NCBI GenBank assembly: GCA_044345055.1
Contig: JBIJBT010000006.1
Coordinates: forward strand, 1-56,045
Length of the DNA: 56,045 bases
Source: Bdellovibrionota bacterium
GTDB lineage: Bacteria; Bdellovibrionota_C; UBA2361; OMIW01
Direction: 5' to 3'
Numbering within the stretch: position 1 is the first letter of the stretch; each line of letters opens with the position of its first letter. The position numbers and the translations under genes are program-made. Below, in pieces: positions 28,449 through 38,324 of this stretch. The notes beneath the pieces were generated by a model that was not told where the DNA came from, did not search any database, and was given only the letters and a program-made list of their open reading frames with translations.

Positions 28449-29351
28449 ATGACCGATTGCACTCGTTCGCGGATCCAAAACTTTCCTTTTAGTATATTCT
28501 TCCGCAGTGTTTGCTGTATTAGTGTTTGCTATATTAGTACTTTTCTTATTGGTTACCCTGTTTCTCTCTGTTTTGCCGAAGAGGGAACACAACCTTTGAA
28601 AAAGCCTACGGTGAATTCGATTGATCACTCAATTTCGCCTACAGCTCAACCGAGCACTAAGCCCCTCATTATGATTGATCCTGGTCATGGTGGTGAGGAT
28701 CGGGGAGCGGGTGGGCCTCGACAGCTCGTTGAGAAAAATATCGTATTACTTGTGGCAAGACGAGTTGTTGCGTTGTTGCGTGAGGGGCAGCGGTACGAAG
28801 TTGCATTAACTCGAGATACCGATATTCAGATTCCACTTCAAGATCGGACAAAAATGGCAAATGAAAGGGGTGCAGCCCTTTTTGTCAGCCTTCACACCAA
28901 CGCATCGCAAACCCGAGTTGCGCGCGGATTAACAACCTACTACCTCGATAATTCAGATGATGCGGCCTCTCGCGTTCTTGCTGAGCGGGAGAACGAGTCA
29001 CTCCGATTTGGCGACGATTCTGAGCAGGAGGACCTTGCGGTACTTCTAAGCTCTCTCATTCAAACCGGAAAAATGGAAGAGTCTATTGTATTGGCTCACA
29101 CGATTCATGATTCGGTGTTATCGAGGGTATCGAGCGACCATCCGAAAAAAAATGGCGATATTCGTGATTTGGGGGTAAAAAAAGCCCCCTTTTATGTGTT
29201 AGTAGGTGCGCATATGCCGTGTGTACTTGTGGAGCTTTTCTTTATCGACAACAAAAACGATGCTGCACTTCTTTCCGAAGAGTCATTTCGGGAATCGCTT
29301 GCACGGGGCGTTGTACGAGGAATCGAAAATTTTTTCGAACGAAACGGATAA
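28449..29351 (+). CDS. N-acetylmuramoyl-L-alanine amidase (Amidase_3, AmiC-like catalytic domain)
   Basis: IDPGHGGED, VEK, LFVSLHTNA, LAEREN helix, APFYVL and VLVE; N-terminal hydrophobic segment. Confidence 0.9.
   Translation: MTDCTRSRIQNFPFSIFFRSVCCISVCYISTFLIGYPVSLCFAEEGTQPLKKPTVNSIDHSISPTAQPSTKPLIMIDPGHGGEDRGAGGPRQLVEKNIVLLVARRVVALLREGQRYEVALTRDTDIQIPLQDRTKMANERGAALFVSLHTNASQTRVARGLTTYYLDNSDDAASRVLAERENESLRFGDDSEQEDLAVLLSSLIQTGKMEESIVLAHTIHDSVLSRVSSDHPKKNGDIRDLGVKKAPFYVLVGAHMPCVLVELFFIDNKNDAALLSEESFRESLARGVVRGIENFFERNG
28506..28535 (+). repeat. 2 x 15-bp tandem duplication in the amidase N-terminus
   Basis: agtgtttgctgtatt agtgtttgctatatt (one mismatch). Confidence 0.7.
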
Positions 29352-29354
29352 TCG

Positions 29355-30431
29355 ATGCTTCCGGAGGAAAAATATCGCATCGTCGCTGATATTCTCGCAA
29401 CGATCGATTCTGTTGCGAGAAAAGAGGGAGTCAGTGTCTCTCTTGTTGGTGGCGTTGTAAGAGATATTCTCGTGTACCGTGATGCGGGTGCATTTTTGGA
29501 GGATATCGATCTCGTTGTTGAGGGAGATGCTAGACTGATCGCGCGTGAGGTTGCACCGCACCTATCAGGTAATGTAGAGCTATTTGATCGTTTTTTTACC
29601 GCGAAAATTAGTCGAGCTAATTTTCCATCGGAAATAGATCTAGTGAGTGCTCGTCATGAACGTTACGAGTGCCCTGGCGCGTTGCCGACGGTTTCAATGG
29701 GGACGTTGCATCAGGATCTCCAGCGACGTGATTTTACCATCAACGCTATGGCACTTCCGCTGGAGCCGATGATTGCGTATCTAAGGGGTGAGGTTGCCGC
29801 TGAAGCACTGGCGAGTGAAATTCTGGATCCTCTTGGCGGTAGAGATGATCTCTCCGCAAAAATCATCCGTATTTTGCATCCGCAAAGTTTTACTGATGAT
29901 CCCACCCGATTGTTCAGGGCGATTCGGTACGGAGCGCGATTGGGGGCATCATTTTGCCCGCTGACTGATGCCTTATTTTATGATGGTATCGCAAAAGGGG
30001 ATCGTGATCGCATTTCGGCGAATAGAGTGCTTCAGGAGGTCCGAAAGCTATCGCTCGAGCGAGAGCCGGGATTAGCTTTTGAACGAGCGATCAAATCTGG
30101 CATTCTCTCACATTTTTTGGGGGTAGAGACGGCGCGTGCAGAGGATATATCGCGAGCAGGAGCTAGGCTCGCTGTTCTTCGTCATGAGCTAGGCTCTACG
30201 CATTGGTGGCAGATAGTGCAGTGGTTACTTATCTGGGCTGGCATGGAGCGCTCTCCTCGTATTGAGTTGGCATTAGAGCGTCGGCGCAAAGATATCGCGA
30301 CGATCTATTCCGAGGTTGAATTTGCGCGTGAAAATAGGGGCGAGCTTATTAAGAGCAATGCGGGAGTTACTGCTTGGTATGGCCTAACAGGAGAGGGTTT
30401 TAATCGTGTCGCAGCTCTTAGGGCAAATTAA
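29355..30431 (+). CDS. Class II tRNA nucleotidyltransferase (CCA- or A-adding)
   Basis: VGGVVRD, DIDLVV, ARHERY..PGALP, RRDFTINAMA and DDPTRLFRAIRY. Confidence 0.88.
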   Translation: MLPEEKYRIVADILATIDSVARKEGVSVSLVGGVVRDILVYRDAGAFLEDIDLVVEGDARLIAREVAPHLSGNVELFDRFFTAKISRANFPSEIDLVSARHERYECPGALPTVSMGTLHQDLQRRDFTINAMALPLEPMIAYLRGEVAAEALASEILDPLGGRDDLSAKIIRILHPQSFTDDPTRLFRAIRYGARLGASFCPLTDALFYDGIAKGDRDRISANRVLQEVRKLSLEREPGLAFERAIKSGILSHFLGVETARAEDISRAGARLAVLRHELGSTHWWQIVQWLLIWAGMERSPRIELALERRRKDIATIYSEVEFARENRGELIKSNAGVTAWYGLTGEGFNRVAALRAN

Positions 30432-30451
30432 TTACACGGAGAGATTTTAGG

Positions 30452-32353
30452 ATGCTGATCTCATCATTTTACGTCGTACTTTTTGAGGAAAACGATGAAG
30501 ATTTCTACCGCATCACGGAGCTTCTGCGGTGGCATCATGCTGATGTGCTTGTTCGTCGAGTAGTCAGTCCTGACGAACTCCGGGTGATGGTAAGCGATGA
30601 GACAACCGATCTCATACTCATTGACATTGATAATCCAGCTATTGGCGGTCCTTCCGGTCTTGATAAATTTGCCTCCTTGATGGAGGCTTTTCCCGTTATC
30701 GCATTCGGTGAAAAACGATTTAGGGACTCTATCTTCTCTTCGATTCGCCAGGGTTTGCAAGATTTTTTCGCGAAATGGGAGGTTGATAGGGATCAGCTTG
30801 GTTACCTCTTGGCAAGAGCGTGGAATCGAAGACATCTCATAAATAAACTTCGCCTTGCAGAGCATCGCGCGTGGGAAGAAGGGGAGGCTAAGGCCCGTTT
30901 TCTTGCTCGGATGAGCCATGAGATTCGCACACCTCTTGTCTCTATTCTCGGATTTTCGCAGCTTCTTGCGGATGGACGTTTCAAAAAAAATCAATCAAGT
31001 GATTTTATCCGGGCTCTCCAAAATAACGGTCGCTATCTTCTCTCTCTACTCGACAATGTCTTGACTTCCGCCCAACTCGAGCGGGGTGAGTTCAGGCTTC
31101 ATAATGGTCCGGTCTATCTGCACGAGGTGCTTGAGCTAGTCAACGCCGTCGCTGAACTTCAGGCCTCTGCGAAGGGTTTGACATATTCAGTGCAGATTCG
31201 AGGAGAACTGCCAAAACGATTTCTCGGTGATATTACTCGCCTTACTCAGGTTCTCGTTAATCTCGTTGTTAACGCGATTAAGTATACCGATTACGGGCAG
31301 GTAACTCTCTCAGTATGGCGAGAAGGAGATGCTTTTATTGAGTTTGCCGTGAGTGATTCGGGACGCGGACTCTCTGAACAGGGAAGGCGGCACCTTTTTC
31401 AGGAGTTTTCACGCACCGAGGATGTCGCCAATCACGGCACTCCGGGTGTTGGGCTCGGCCTCTTTGTTGCGCAATCGATTGTAAGAAAAATGGGTGGCTA
31501 TATCTCGGTTGAAAGTGAGGAGAAGGTTGGCTCAACCTTCCGAGTGGTACTCCCGCTACTCCCGGTAGTTGATGGAGAACGTGCCGATGACTCGGATCAT
31601 CCGAAACAGCTCAGTGGTCATGTAATGCTCGTTGAGGATGCGGTCGATTCGGCACGATATATAAGTCTCCTACTTGATAATATTGGACTCACCGTTGCAG
31701 TTTCTCCCACAGCCGAAGAGTGCCTCAATCAGATTGAGGCTGGCGAGCGTTACGATGTCATTTTAATGGATATCGGTTTGCCGGGAATGGATGGATTATC
31801 AGCGATTCGAGAGCTGCGCTCCCGTCATATTGAGATTCCGATCCTTGCGCTCTCTGCGCACGCCTTTGAGGAGGATGTAGACGCCTGTCTAGCTGCAGGA
31901 GCGGACGGGTATCTTACAAAACCGTTTCGGGTACAGGATTTTCTCCGATCGGTAGCTGCCCGTTTAGGAGGTTCTACTCAATTATCGCCACCGCCCACTG
32001 CCGAGGATACTGTCGTTCGCACAGCTGTCGGCAAGCGCTCCTCGACCGAGGCTCGTTTACGGGAGATTCGCAACAGATTCGTCTCAAGTCTGTTAGAGAA
32101 TATCGCCATAATCCGAAAGTCTGAACTTAGCGCAAACTGGAGTGATGTGCGTGAAGTGGTTCATAAGATAGCGGGCTCCGCTGGGCTCCTCGGCTATAGC
32201 GCGCTCTCCGATCGGGCGCGCGATGCGGAGGTTGCGATAAAGCGAGGAGATACCTCTTCGCTCGCCGGTATTCTCGATGACTTGGAGCGAGAGGTGAGGC
32301 AGGTCGTCGAGCATTCTGGATCGGATGAGAATAACTCCCAAGCAAACCCCTAA
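30452..32353 (+). CDS. Cytoplasmic hybrid histidine kinase (REC-HisKA-HATPase-REC-Hpt)
   Basis: MSHEIRTPL, NLVVNAIKYT, DSGRG, GVGLGL, ILMDIGLPGMDG...LTKP and Hpt VHKIAGSAG; no transmembrane segments. Confidence 0.92.
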   Translation: MLISSFYVVLFEENDEDFYRITELLRWHHADVLVRRVVSPDELRVMVSDETTDLILIDIDNPAIGGPSGLDKFASLMEAFPVIAFGEKRFRDSIFSSIRQGLQDFFAKWEVDRDQLGYLLARAWNRRHLINKLRLAEHRAWEEGEAKARFLARMSHEIRTPLVSILGFSQLLADGRFKKNQSSDFIRALQNNGRYLLSLLDNVLTSAQLERGEFRLHNGPVYLHEVLELVNAVAELQASAKGLTYSVQIRGELPKRFLGDITRLTQVLVNLVVNAIKYTDYGQVTLSVWREGDAFIEFAVSDSGRGLSEQGRRHLFQEFSRTEDVANHGTPGVGLGLFVAQSIVRKMGGYISVESEEKVGSTFRVVLPLLPVVDGERADDSDHPKQLSGHVMLVEDAVDSARYISLLLDNIGLTVAVSPTAEECLNQIEAGERYDVILMDIGLPGMDGLSAIRELRSRHIEIPILALSAHAFEEDVDACLAAGADGYLTKPFRVQDFLRSVAARLGGSTQLSPPPTAEDTVVRTAVGKRSSTEARLREIRNRFVSSLLENIAIIRKSELSANWSDVREVVHKIAGSAGLLGYSALSDRARDAEVAIKRGDTSSLAGILDDLEREVRQVVEHSGSDENNSQANP

Positions 32354-32457
32354 GTTGAGATCTCAAAATGTGATGTAATAGTGACGGTTAAACGAAAATG
32401 CAATTGAGATTGTAGAAGAAAGCTTCTATCGGTTGGGATTTTTGAGTTGCGATGTTG

Positions 32458-32895
32458 CTATATTGAGCTACGCCCTTTTAAAGCAACCTCTTTGACGACC
32501 TGAGCCAAAAGACCTTGATCCAATCCTCTTTTACTTAAGTATGCATCGAAACCAGAGAAGGTTGATTCGAGTTTGCCCGCGAGAGATGCATCCGCAGTAA
32601 TCGCTATCAACGGATTTTGGTATCCGGTTGTGCGCAGAGCAACCGCAGCTTCATTGCCATCGACCAGCGGCATTCGAATATCGATGAATACCAAATCGAA
32701 GGGTGAACCCTCCTTCTCAGCACGCTTTACAGCATCCATACATTCGCGCCCATCTGCGACGGTCGTCACCGAGAAACCTAATCCTTCAAGAAGAATAGTG
32801 ATGACCTCGGAGGCCTCTGGTGAGTCTTCGGCAAGAAGCACCCGCTGGTGATCAACCCGATCGGCGAACGAGTCATGTTGTGTGTGCTCTATCAT
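32458..32895 (-). CDS. Single-domain response regulator
   Basis: LLAEDS, VFIDIRMPLVDG, IAITA and YLSK; AGGAGGAGG RBS before ATG 32895. Confidence 0.9.
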   Translation of the reverse strand: MIEHTQHDSFADRVDHQRVLLAEDSPEASEVITILLEGLGFSVTTVADGRECMDAVKRAEKEGSPFDLVFIDIRMPLVDGNEAAVALRTTGYQNPLIAITADASLAGKLESTFSGFDAYLSKRGLDQGLLAQVVKEVALKGRSSI

Positions 32896-33404
32896 GCAGG
32901 GCCTCCTCCTCGTAATTGGTTCACCTCCTACTTTAGCATTCAATCCGCTCTTCGCTAGATCGAAATAAATATAGGAAAGTCAATAGATTGCTTAAGATCC
33001 TTCTTTTCTGCCCCATGGTGCGAGCATTGTTCGATCACAACATCCTCCATTACTTCCTTCGATCTATAGCCGCTTTGACCCACCTTTTTGTCGGAAAATA
33101 TGACAATTCCAGTTAGCAGAACTCAAAAAGTCAGAAAGAATGATCGTCGAATATATACAGCATCTTTATGATTGTATTAAGACCGAATCTGGCTCAACCG
33201 ATTCGAGCGATCAATAGAAAAATTCAATTGAGCAGTTTTTAGTGAATTTTAATTCTGTGTCTGATCAGTTCATGCAAAACCGACTCTAAAATTAGACGGT
33301 TAAGCAACTTCGGAGATATACTCGCGCAGGTTGACTGTTGAACCTTGATAGAAATTTGGTTTCCGCTCCCCCACGTATTTCGCAACTAATCGGGAAAAAC
33401 CTCT

Positions 33405-34238
33405 ATGTTTTCCATAATTATCCCATCCTGGAACAATCTTCCCTTTTTGAAGCTTTGTATCCAAAGTATACGGAAAAACTCATCGTTTAATCATCAAATC
33501 TTGGTTCATGCGAATGAAGGCAGTGACGGAACTAGAGAGTGGCTGCGGGCGGAGGGAATTGAACATACCGTAAGCGATGAGAATATTGGAGTTTGTAAAT
33601 CTGTAAATCTTGTTTCAACACTAGCCAAGGAGGATTACATCGTTTTTTTAAATGATGATATGTACGTCCTTCCCGGGTGGGATACTGCTCTTTTAAATGA
33701 GGCAAAAGGGCTTGAAACTGATAATTTCATGCTCTCGGGTACGATGATAGAGCCAGAGGATCATCATAATCCGGCAGTAATTATCGCAGACTTCGGAAGC
33801 ACTCCGGAGTCCTTTCGTGAGAGCGAACTTTTGGAGAAATATAACTCGTTTCCGAAAGGAGATTGGTCAGGTTCAAAATGGCCACCTGCGATGGTTCATC
33901 GAAACTATTGGCAGTTGGTCGGAGGATATAGCATCGAGTTTTCTCCCGGAATGAGCTCTGACGATGACTTTGCGATGAAAATGTGGCTCGCTGGATGCAG
34001 GATTTTTAAAGGAGTGGCAGCAAGCAGGGTTTATCATTTCGTCTCTAAATCCACATCCAGGGTGAAAAAAAATAATGGTAGAAGGATGTTTAATCTGAAA
34101 TATGGTATGAATCAGTCTGCCTTTAAGCGGTTTTATCTTCAGCTGGGAGAGCCATTTTTCGGTCCGTTGCCGGAGCCAAAAGCAGTAGGTCTCAGATGGG
34201 ATTTTATTCGTTCGCGCATTAAAAGGATTTGTTATTGA
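33405..34238 (+). CDS. Glycosyltransferase family 2
   Basis: FSIIIPSWN, EGSDGT, FLNDDM and SDDDF. Confidence 0.88.
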   Translation: MFSIIIPSWNNLPFLKLCIQSIRKNSSFNHQILVHANEGSDGTREWLRAEGIEHTVSDENIGVCKSVNLVSTLAKEDYIVFLNDDMYVLPGWDTALLNEAKGLETDNFMLSGTMIEPEDHHNPAVIIADFGSTPESFRESELLEKYNSFPKGDWSGSKWPPAMVHRNYWQLVGGYSIEFSPGMSSDDDFAMKMWLAGCRIFKGVAASRVYHFVSKSTSRVKKNNGRRMFNLKYGMNQSAFKRFYLQLGEPFFGPLPEPKAVGLRWDFIRSRIKRICY

Positions 34239-34443
34239 TAAAGCGGGATCTGCATCTTGAGATATTATTTTGCGTATCTGGGATGTCGGGTTTAATAGTG
34301 GGTATTAAAAAAAACATCCGTGGATTTTTTGAGGATGGCTCCAGGCGCGTAAAATTACTCTGAGAGCGGTTTTTAGAGAGCGCCAAATAATCAGGGAAGC
34401 AAGATATTAGGTCTAGCAAAGATCACATACGAGGAATGAGCAA

Positions 34444-35403
34444 ATGGCGCGGATTACTATTACGGGTGGAGCAGGTTTTATCGGTTCGCATCTGGTGGAT
34501 CGCCTTATCGAACAGGGGCATGAGATATCTGTTGTCGATAATTTATTCACGGGAGCGCGGGCGAATTTTAGGCATCACCTTACGAACCCCAACTTCGAGT
34601 TCATAAGGCACGATGTCGTAGAACCGCTCATGCTCGAGACTGAATTCGTGTATCATCTCGCTTGTCCTGCTTCGCCGGTTCACTATCAGTGCAATCCCGT
34701 TAAAACGATCAAGACGAATGTTGTTGGCACTATAAATATGCTTGGGCTGAGTAAGAGGGTAAAGGCTCGGTTCCTGTTAGCCTCAACCTCGGAAGTCTAT
34801 GGCGATCCTCAGGTTCATCCTCAGCACGAATCTTATTGGGGCCACGTTAATCCAATCGGACCACGAAGCTGCTACGATGAGGGAAAGCGAATTGCTGAGA
34901 CACTCGCCGTGAACTATGGAGCCAATGGGGTCGATGCCCGAATTGTGCGCATATTCAATACGTACGGCCCCCGCATGCTTTTTAATGATGGTCGAGTTGT
35001 TTCGAATTTTGTCGTTCAGGCTCTCAAAGGCGAGCCGATTACCATTTATGGTGATGGAACGCAGACGCGGTCTTTTTGCTTCGTGAGCGATCTTGTAAAT
35101 GGACTCATCGCGATGATGAATGCTGAGTCTGGTATTGGGCCAGTTAATCTTGGTAATCCCGTTGAAGTAAGTATCGGTGCCCTTGCGGAGCGAATTATTG
35201 GGCTCACGAATTCGCGTAGCCAGCTTGTTCGGCTTCCTTTACCTCAGGATGATCCGACAAGGAGGCGACCCGATATTACCCGTGCGCGGGAGCTCCTTGG
35301 ATGGGAGCCAACAGTCGCGCTCGATGATGGGCTTCGGGAAACGATACAAGACTTTGATTCTCGTTTGCGAGCGGGAGAACATCCGCTCGAGGTTCGAAAG
35401 TAA
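34444..35403 (+). CDS. UDP-glucuronate decarboxylase (UDP-xylose synthase) family SDR
   Basis: [31 protein letters not shown] and [10 protein letters not shown]. Confidence 0.92.
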   Translation: MARITITGGAGFIGSHLVDRLIEQGHEISVVDNLFTGARANFRHHLTNPNFEFIRHDVVEPLMLETEFVYHLACPASPVHYQCNPVKTIKTNVVGTINMLGLSKRVKARFLLASTSEVYGDPQVHPQHESYWGHVNPIGPRSCYDEGKRIAETLAVNYGANGVDARIVRIFNTYGPRMLFNDGRVVSNFVVQALKGEPITIYGDGTQTRSFCFVSDLVNGLIAMMNAESGIGPVNLGNPVEVSIGALAERIIGLTNSRSQLVRLPLPQDDPTRRRPDITRARELLGWEPTVALDDGLRETIQDFDSRLRAGEHPLEVRK

Positions 35404-35491
35404 AGCTAAGAGGCTGCGAAATAAGCGGGAGAAAGATTAAAAGGAGCTTTTTGACGGCTCCAACGAGTAGGGTGTTTTAAGAGGAAACTGC

Positions 35492-37300
35492 GTGTCGCGC
35501 GAGCATATTAGAAATTTTTGTATTATCGCCCATATTGACCACGGAAAGTCGACATTGGCTGATCGAATCCTTGAACTTACCAATGCGGTGGCGCAGCGGG
35601 AGATGCAGGATCAGCTTCTCGATAAGCTGGATCTCGAGCGGGAGCGTGGTATCACGATCAAGGCACAGACCGTTCGATTGAGTTATGTTGCTCGTGATGG
35701 GCAGAGCTATCAGTTTAATCTCATCGATACTCCTGGGCACGTTGATTTTCACTATGAGGTATCTCGTAGTTTGGCCGCTTGTGAAGGGGCTCTTCTGGTT
35801 GTTGATGCTTCGCAGGGAGTTGAGGCGCAGACCCTCGCTAATGTCTATGCCGCGATTGAAAACAACCTTGAGATTGTACCGGTATTAAATAAAGCAGATC
35901 TTCCAAATGCAGATCCGGAACGGGTATGTCAGGAGATTGAAGAGGTTATCGGGCTTCCCACTAACGATGCGTTGTTGGTAAGCGCAAAAACTGGTCAGGG
36001 AGTTGCCGATATTCTAGAAGCGATAGTGCAGAGACTACCAGCACCAACTCGGGGTTCACCCGACGCACCATTACGGGCTCTTATCTATGATTCATGGTTC
36101 GATTCATACCTAGGGGTTGTTGTACAGATTAGAGTTTTTGATGGATCTATTAAGCCTGGTGATAAAGTCTCATTTCTCAATACAGGTGCGGTTCACGACG
36201 TATATAAAGTGGGAGTTTTTTCTCCGCAGCCTCGTGAAGTTAGTTCTATTTCAAGTGGTGAAGTAGGTTATTTCTCCGCGTCAATAAAAAATCTATCCGA
36301 TGTAAAGATTGGTGATACGGTTGCTTCGGCTCGGGGAGGCGAAGTTGAACCACTGCCTGGGTTCCAGGAGGTAAAACCAGCGGTTTTTGGAGGCCTTTTT
36401 CCGGTTGATGCCGATGATTATAGCGCGCTGCGCTCTGCCCTCGAGAAGCTAAGTCTTAACGATGCCTCGTTTGTGTTTGAGCCAGAAACCTCCGCGGCTC
36501 TCGGCTTTGGATTTCGGTGCGGATATCTTGGATTACTCCACATGGAGATTATCCAGGAGCGGCTCGAGCGAGAATTCGAACTATCGCTTATTACGACCGC
36601 ACCCACGGTCGTGTACAGGGTTACTCTTGAATCAGGAGAGCTGCTCCATATCGACAATCCAGCGATGCTCCCGCCGAGCAATCAGATAATGACGATAGAG
36701 GAGCCGATGGTAACTGCTTCGATCCATTGTCCAAAGGAGTTCGTCGGGGCGGTCCTTAAACTATGCGAGGATAAACGGGGTATTCAAAAGGGAATGGCGT
36801 TTCACGGGACTAGTGGTGAGCGTTCCGTGATTACCTACGAACTGCCTCTTAATGAAATAGTGCTTGATTTCCACGACAGGCTAAAAAGTGCCACAAAAGG
36901 GTACGCCTCGTTTGATTACGAGTTCTGTGGCTATCGCATTGAGAAATTGGTCAAGTTGGATATTAAGTTAAATGGCGAGAATGTCGATGCTCTTAGCACG
37001 ATAGTTCACGATTCGCGTTCGTTTGGACGGGGTCGCGATCTCACTGAAAAGCTTAAAGATCTGATTGAAAGACAGATGTTTGATATCGCAATTCAGGCGG
37101 CAGTGGGCACTAAGATTATCGCCCGATCAACGGTAAAGGCTCTGCGTAAGAACGTAACGGCAAAATGCTACGGGGGTGATATTAGCCGAAAACGTAAGTT
37201 GCTCGAGAAACAAAAAGCAGGGAAAAAACGGATGAAGCAGGTAGGTAGCGTCTCGATTCCACAAGAGGCATTCCTTGCGGTACTAAAATTGAACGAGTAG
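35492..37300 (+). CDS. lepA: Translation elongation factor 4
   Basis: [31 protein letters not shown] and [18 protein letters not shown]. Confidence 0.97.
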   Translation: MSREHIRNFCIIAHIDHGKSTLADRILELTNAVAQREMQDQLLDKLDLERERGITIKAQTVRLSYVARDGQSYQFNLIDTPGHVDFHYEVSRSLAACEGALLVVDASQGVEAQTLANVYAAIENNLEIVPVLNKADLPNADPERVCQEIEEVIGLPTNDALLVSAKTGQGVADILEAIVQRLPAPTRGSPDAPLRALIYDSWFDSYLGVVVQIRVFDGSIKPGDKVSFLNTGAVHDVYKVGVFSPQPREVSSISSGEVGYFSASIKNLSDVKIGDTVASARGGEVEPLPGFQEVKPAVFGGLFPVDADDYSALRSALEKLSLNDASFVFEPETSAALGFGFRCGYLGLLHMEIIQERLEREFELSLITTAPTVVYRVTLESGELLHIDNPAMLPPSNQIMTIEEPMVTASIHCPKEFVGAVLKLCEDKRGIQKGMAFHGTSGERSVITYELPLNEIVLDFHDRLKSATKGYASFDYEFCGYRIEKLVKLDIKLNGENVDALSTIVHDSRSFGRGRDLTEKLKDLIERQMFDIAIQAAVGTKIIARSTVKALRKNVTAKCYGGDISRKRKLLEKQKAGKKRMKQVGSVSIPQEAFLAVLKLNE

Positions 37301-37388
37301 TTGTCTGGGGGTCGCCCACCTCCATCAGCTTCGAAAGATACAGGATTAGAGTGGCTTTTCGTGGTCGACAATCGATGATGGTGGAGAG

Positions 37389-38150
37389 ATGACCGAGCCA
37401 GGGTCGACTACAGCGAGTATAACGGTAGTGGACCCACCAGAGGGGCGGCTCATCGCTATTGGCGATATACATGGCTGTGTCGATGAACTGTCGGTGCTGC
37501 TCGATGAAATGGTGAGCTGTTGGAAAATCACCGATAGGGATCGGGTCGTTTTTCTAGGCGATTATATAGATAGAGGTCCAGCCTCGAAGCTTGTCATTGA
37601 GCGCGTTTTGGAATTTCGACAAGTTTTCCCTCAGACCCTCTTTCTTCGCGGAAATCACGAGGATATGTTTCTCAGCTACCTCGGTTTGCCGGGTGGCTCG
37701 ATGGGCGAGATGTTTTTGCCGAACGGGGGTGTGCAAACTCTCGGGAGCTACGATGTCGAGGATTTTTTTTCACTCCCATCTATACTCGCCGCGGTACCGG
37801 GAAGTCATATCGCATTTCTCCGAGAGCTTGAGGTCTGCATAAGCTGTGGCGATTTTCTTTTGGTTCACGCTGGCATCAATCCAGCATTGCCCCTTGAAGC
37901 TCAGGACGCCGAGGAGCTGCTCTGGATTCGGGGTGAGTTTTTGTATGAACCTCACAACCTTCCTCAAACAGTTATTTTTGGCCACACTCCATTTCACGAT
38001 ATAGTTGATGATCGCCCCTTTAAAATAGGAATCGATACGGGCCTTGTCTTTGGAAATAAGCTCACATGCCTGAACGTTACACACGGTGAGGCGCTTCAGG
38101 TTGTTCGAGGAGGACGGAGGGCAGTAACTGTTTCTCTTGCTCGCAAGTAG
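37389..38150 (+). CDS. Calcineurin-like metallophosphoesterase (PPP/ApaH/PrpA-like)
   Basis: GDIHG, GDYIDRG, RGNHE, HAG, FGHTP and IDTG. Confidence 0.9.
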   Translation: MTEPGSTTASITVVDPPEGRLIAIGDIHGCVDELSVLLDEMVSCWKITDRDRVVFLGDYIDRGPASKLVIERVLEFRQVFPQTLFLRGNHEDMFLSYLGLPGGSMGEMFLPNGGVQTLGSYDVEDFFSLPSILAAVPGSHIAFLRELEVCISCGDFLLVHAGINPALPLEAQDAEELLWIRGEFLYEPHNLPQTVIFGHTPFHDIVDDRPFKIGIDTGLVFGNKLTCLNVTHGEALQVVRGGRRAVTVSLARK

Positions 38151-38324
38151 TAGCTGATAGTTTGTTCTAAATGCTCTGTATCGACCGATTTTTTGCCCAA
38201 TTCCCCCGCTGATTGTATCCTTCCAGCGGAAATCTCGGTTTCGGAACAATAGATCTTCCTTTCACAATCGCTAAATCCACCTTTAATTAAGATCCAATCT
38301 ACATTCTCGTGAGAGCTTTTAGTT

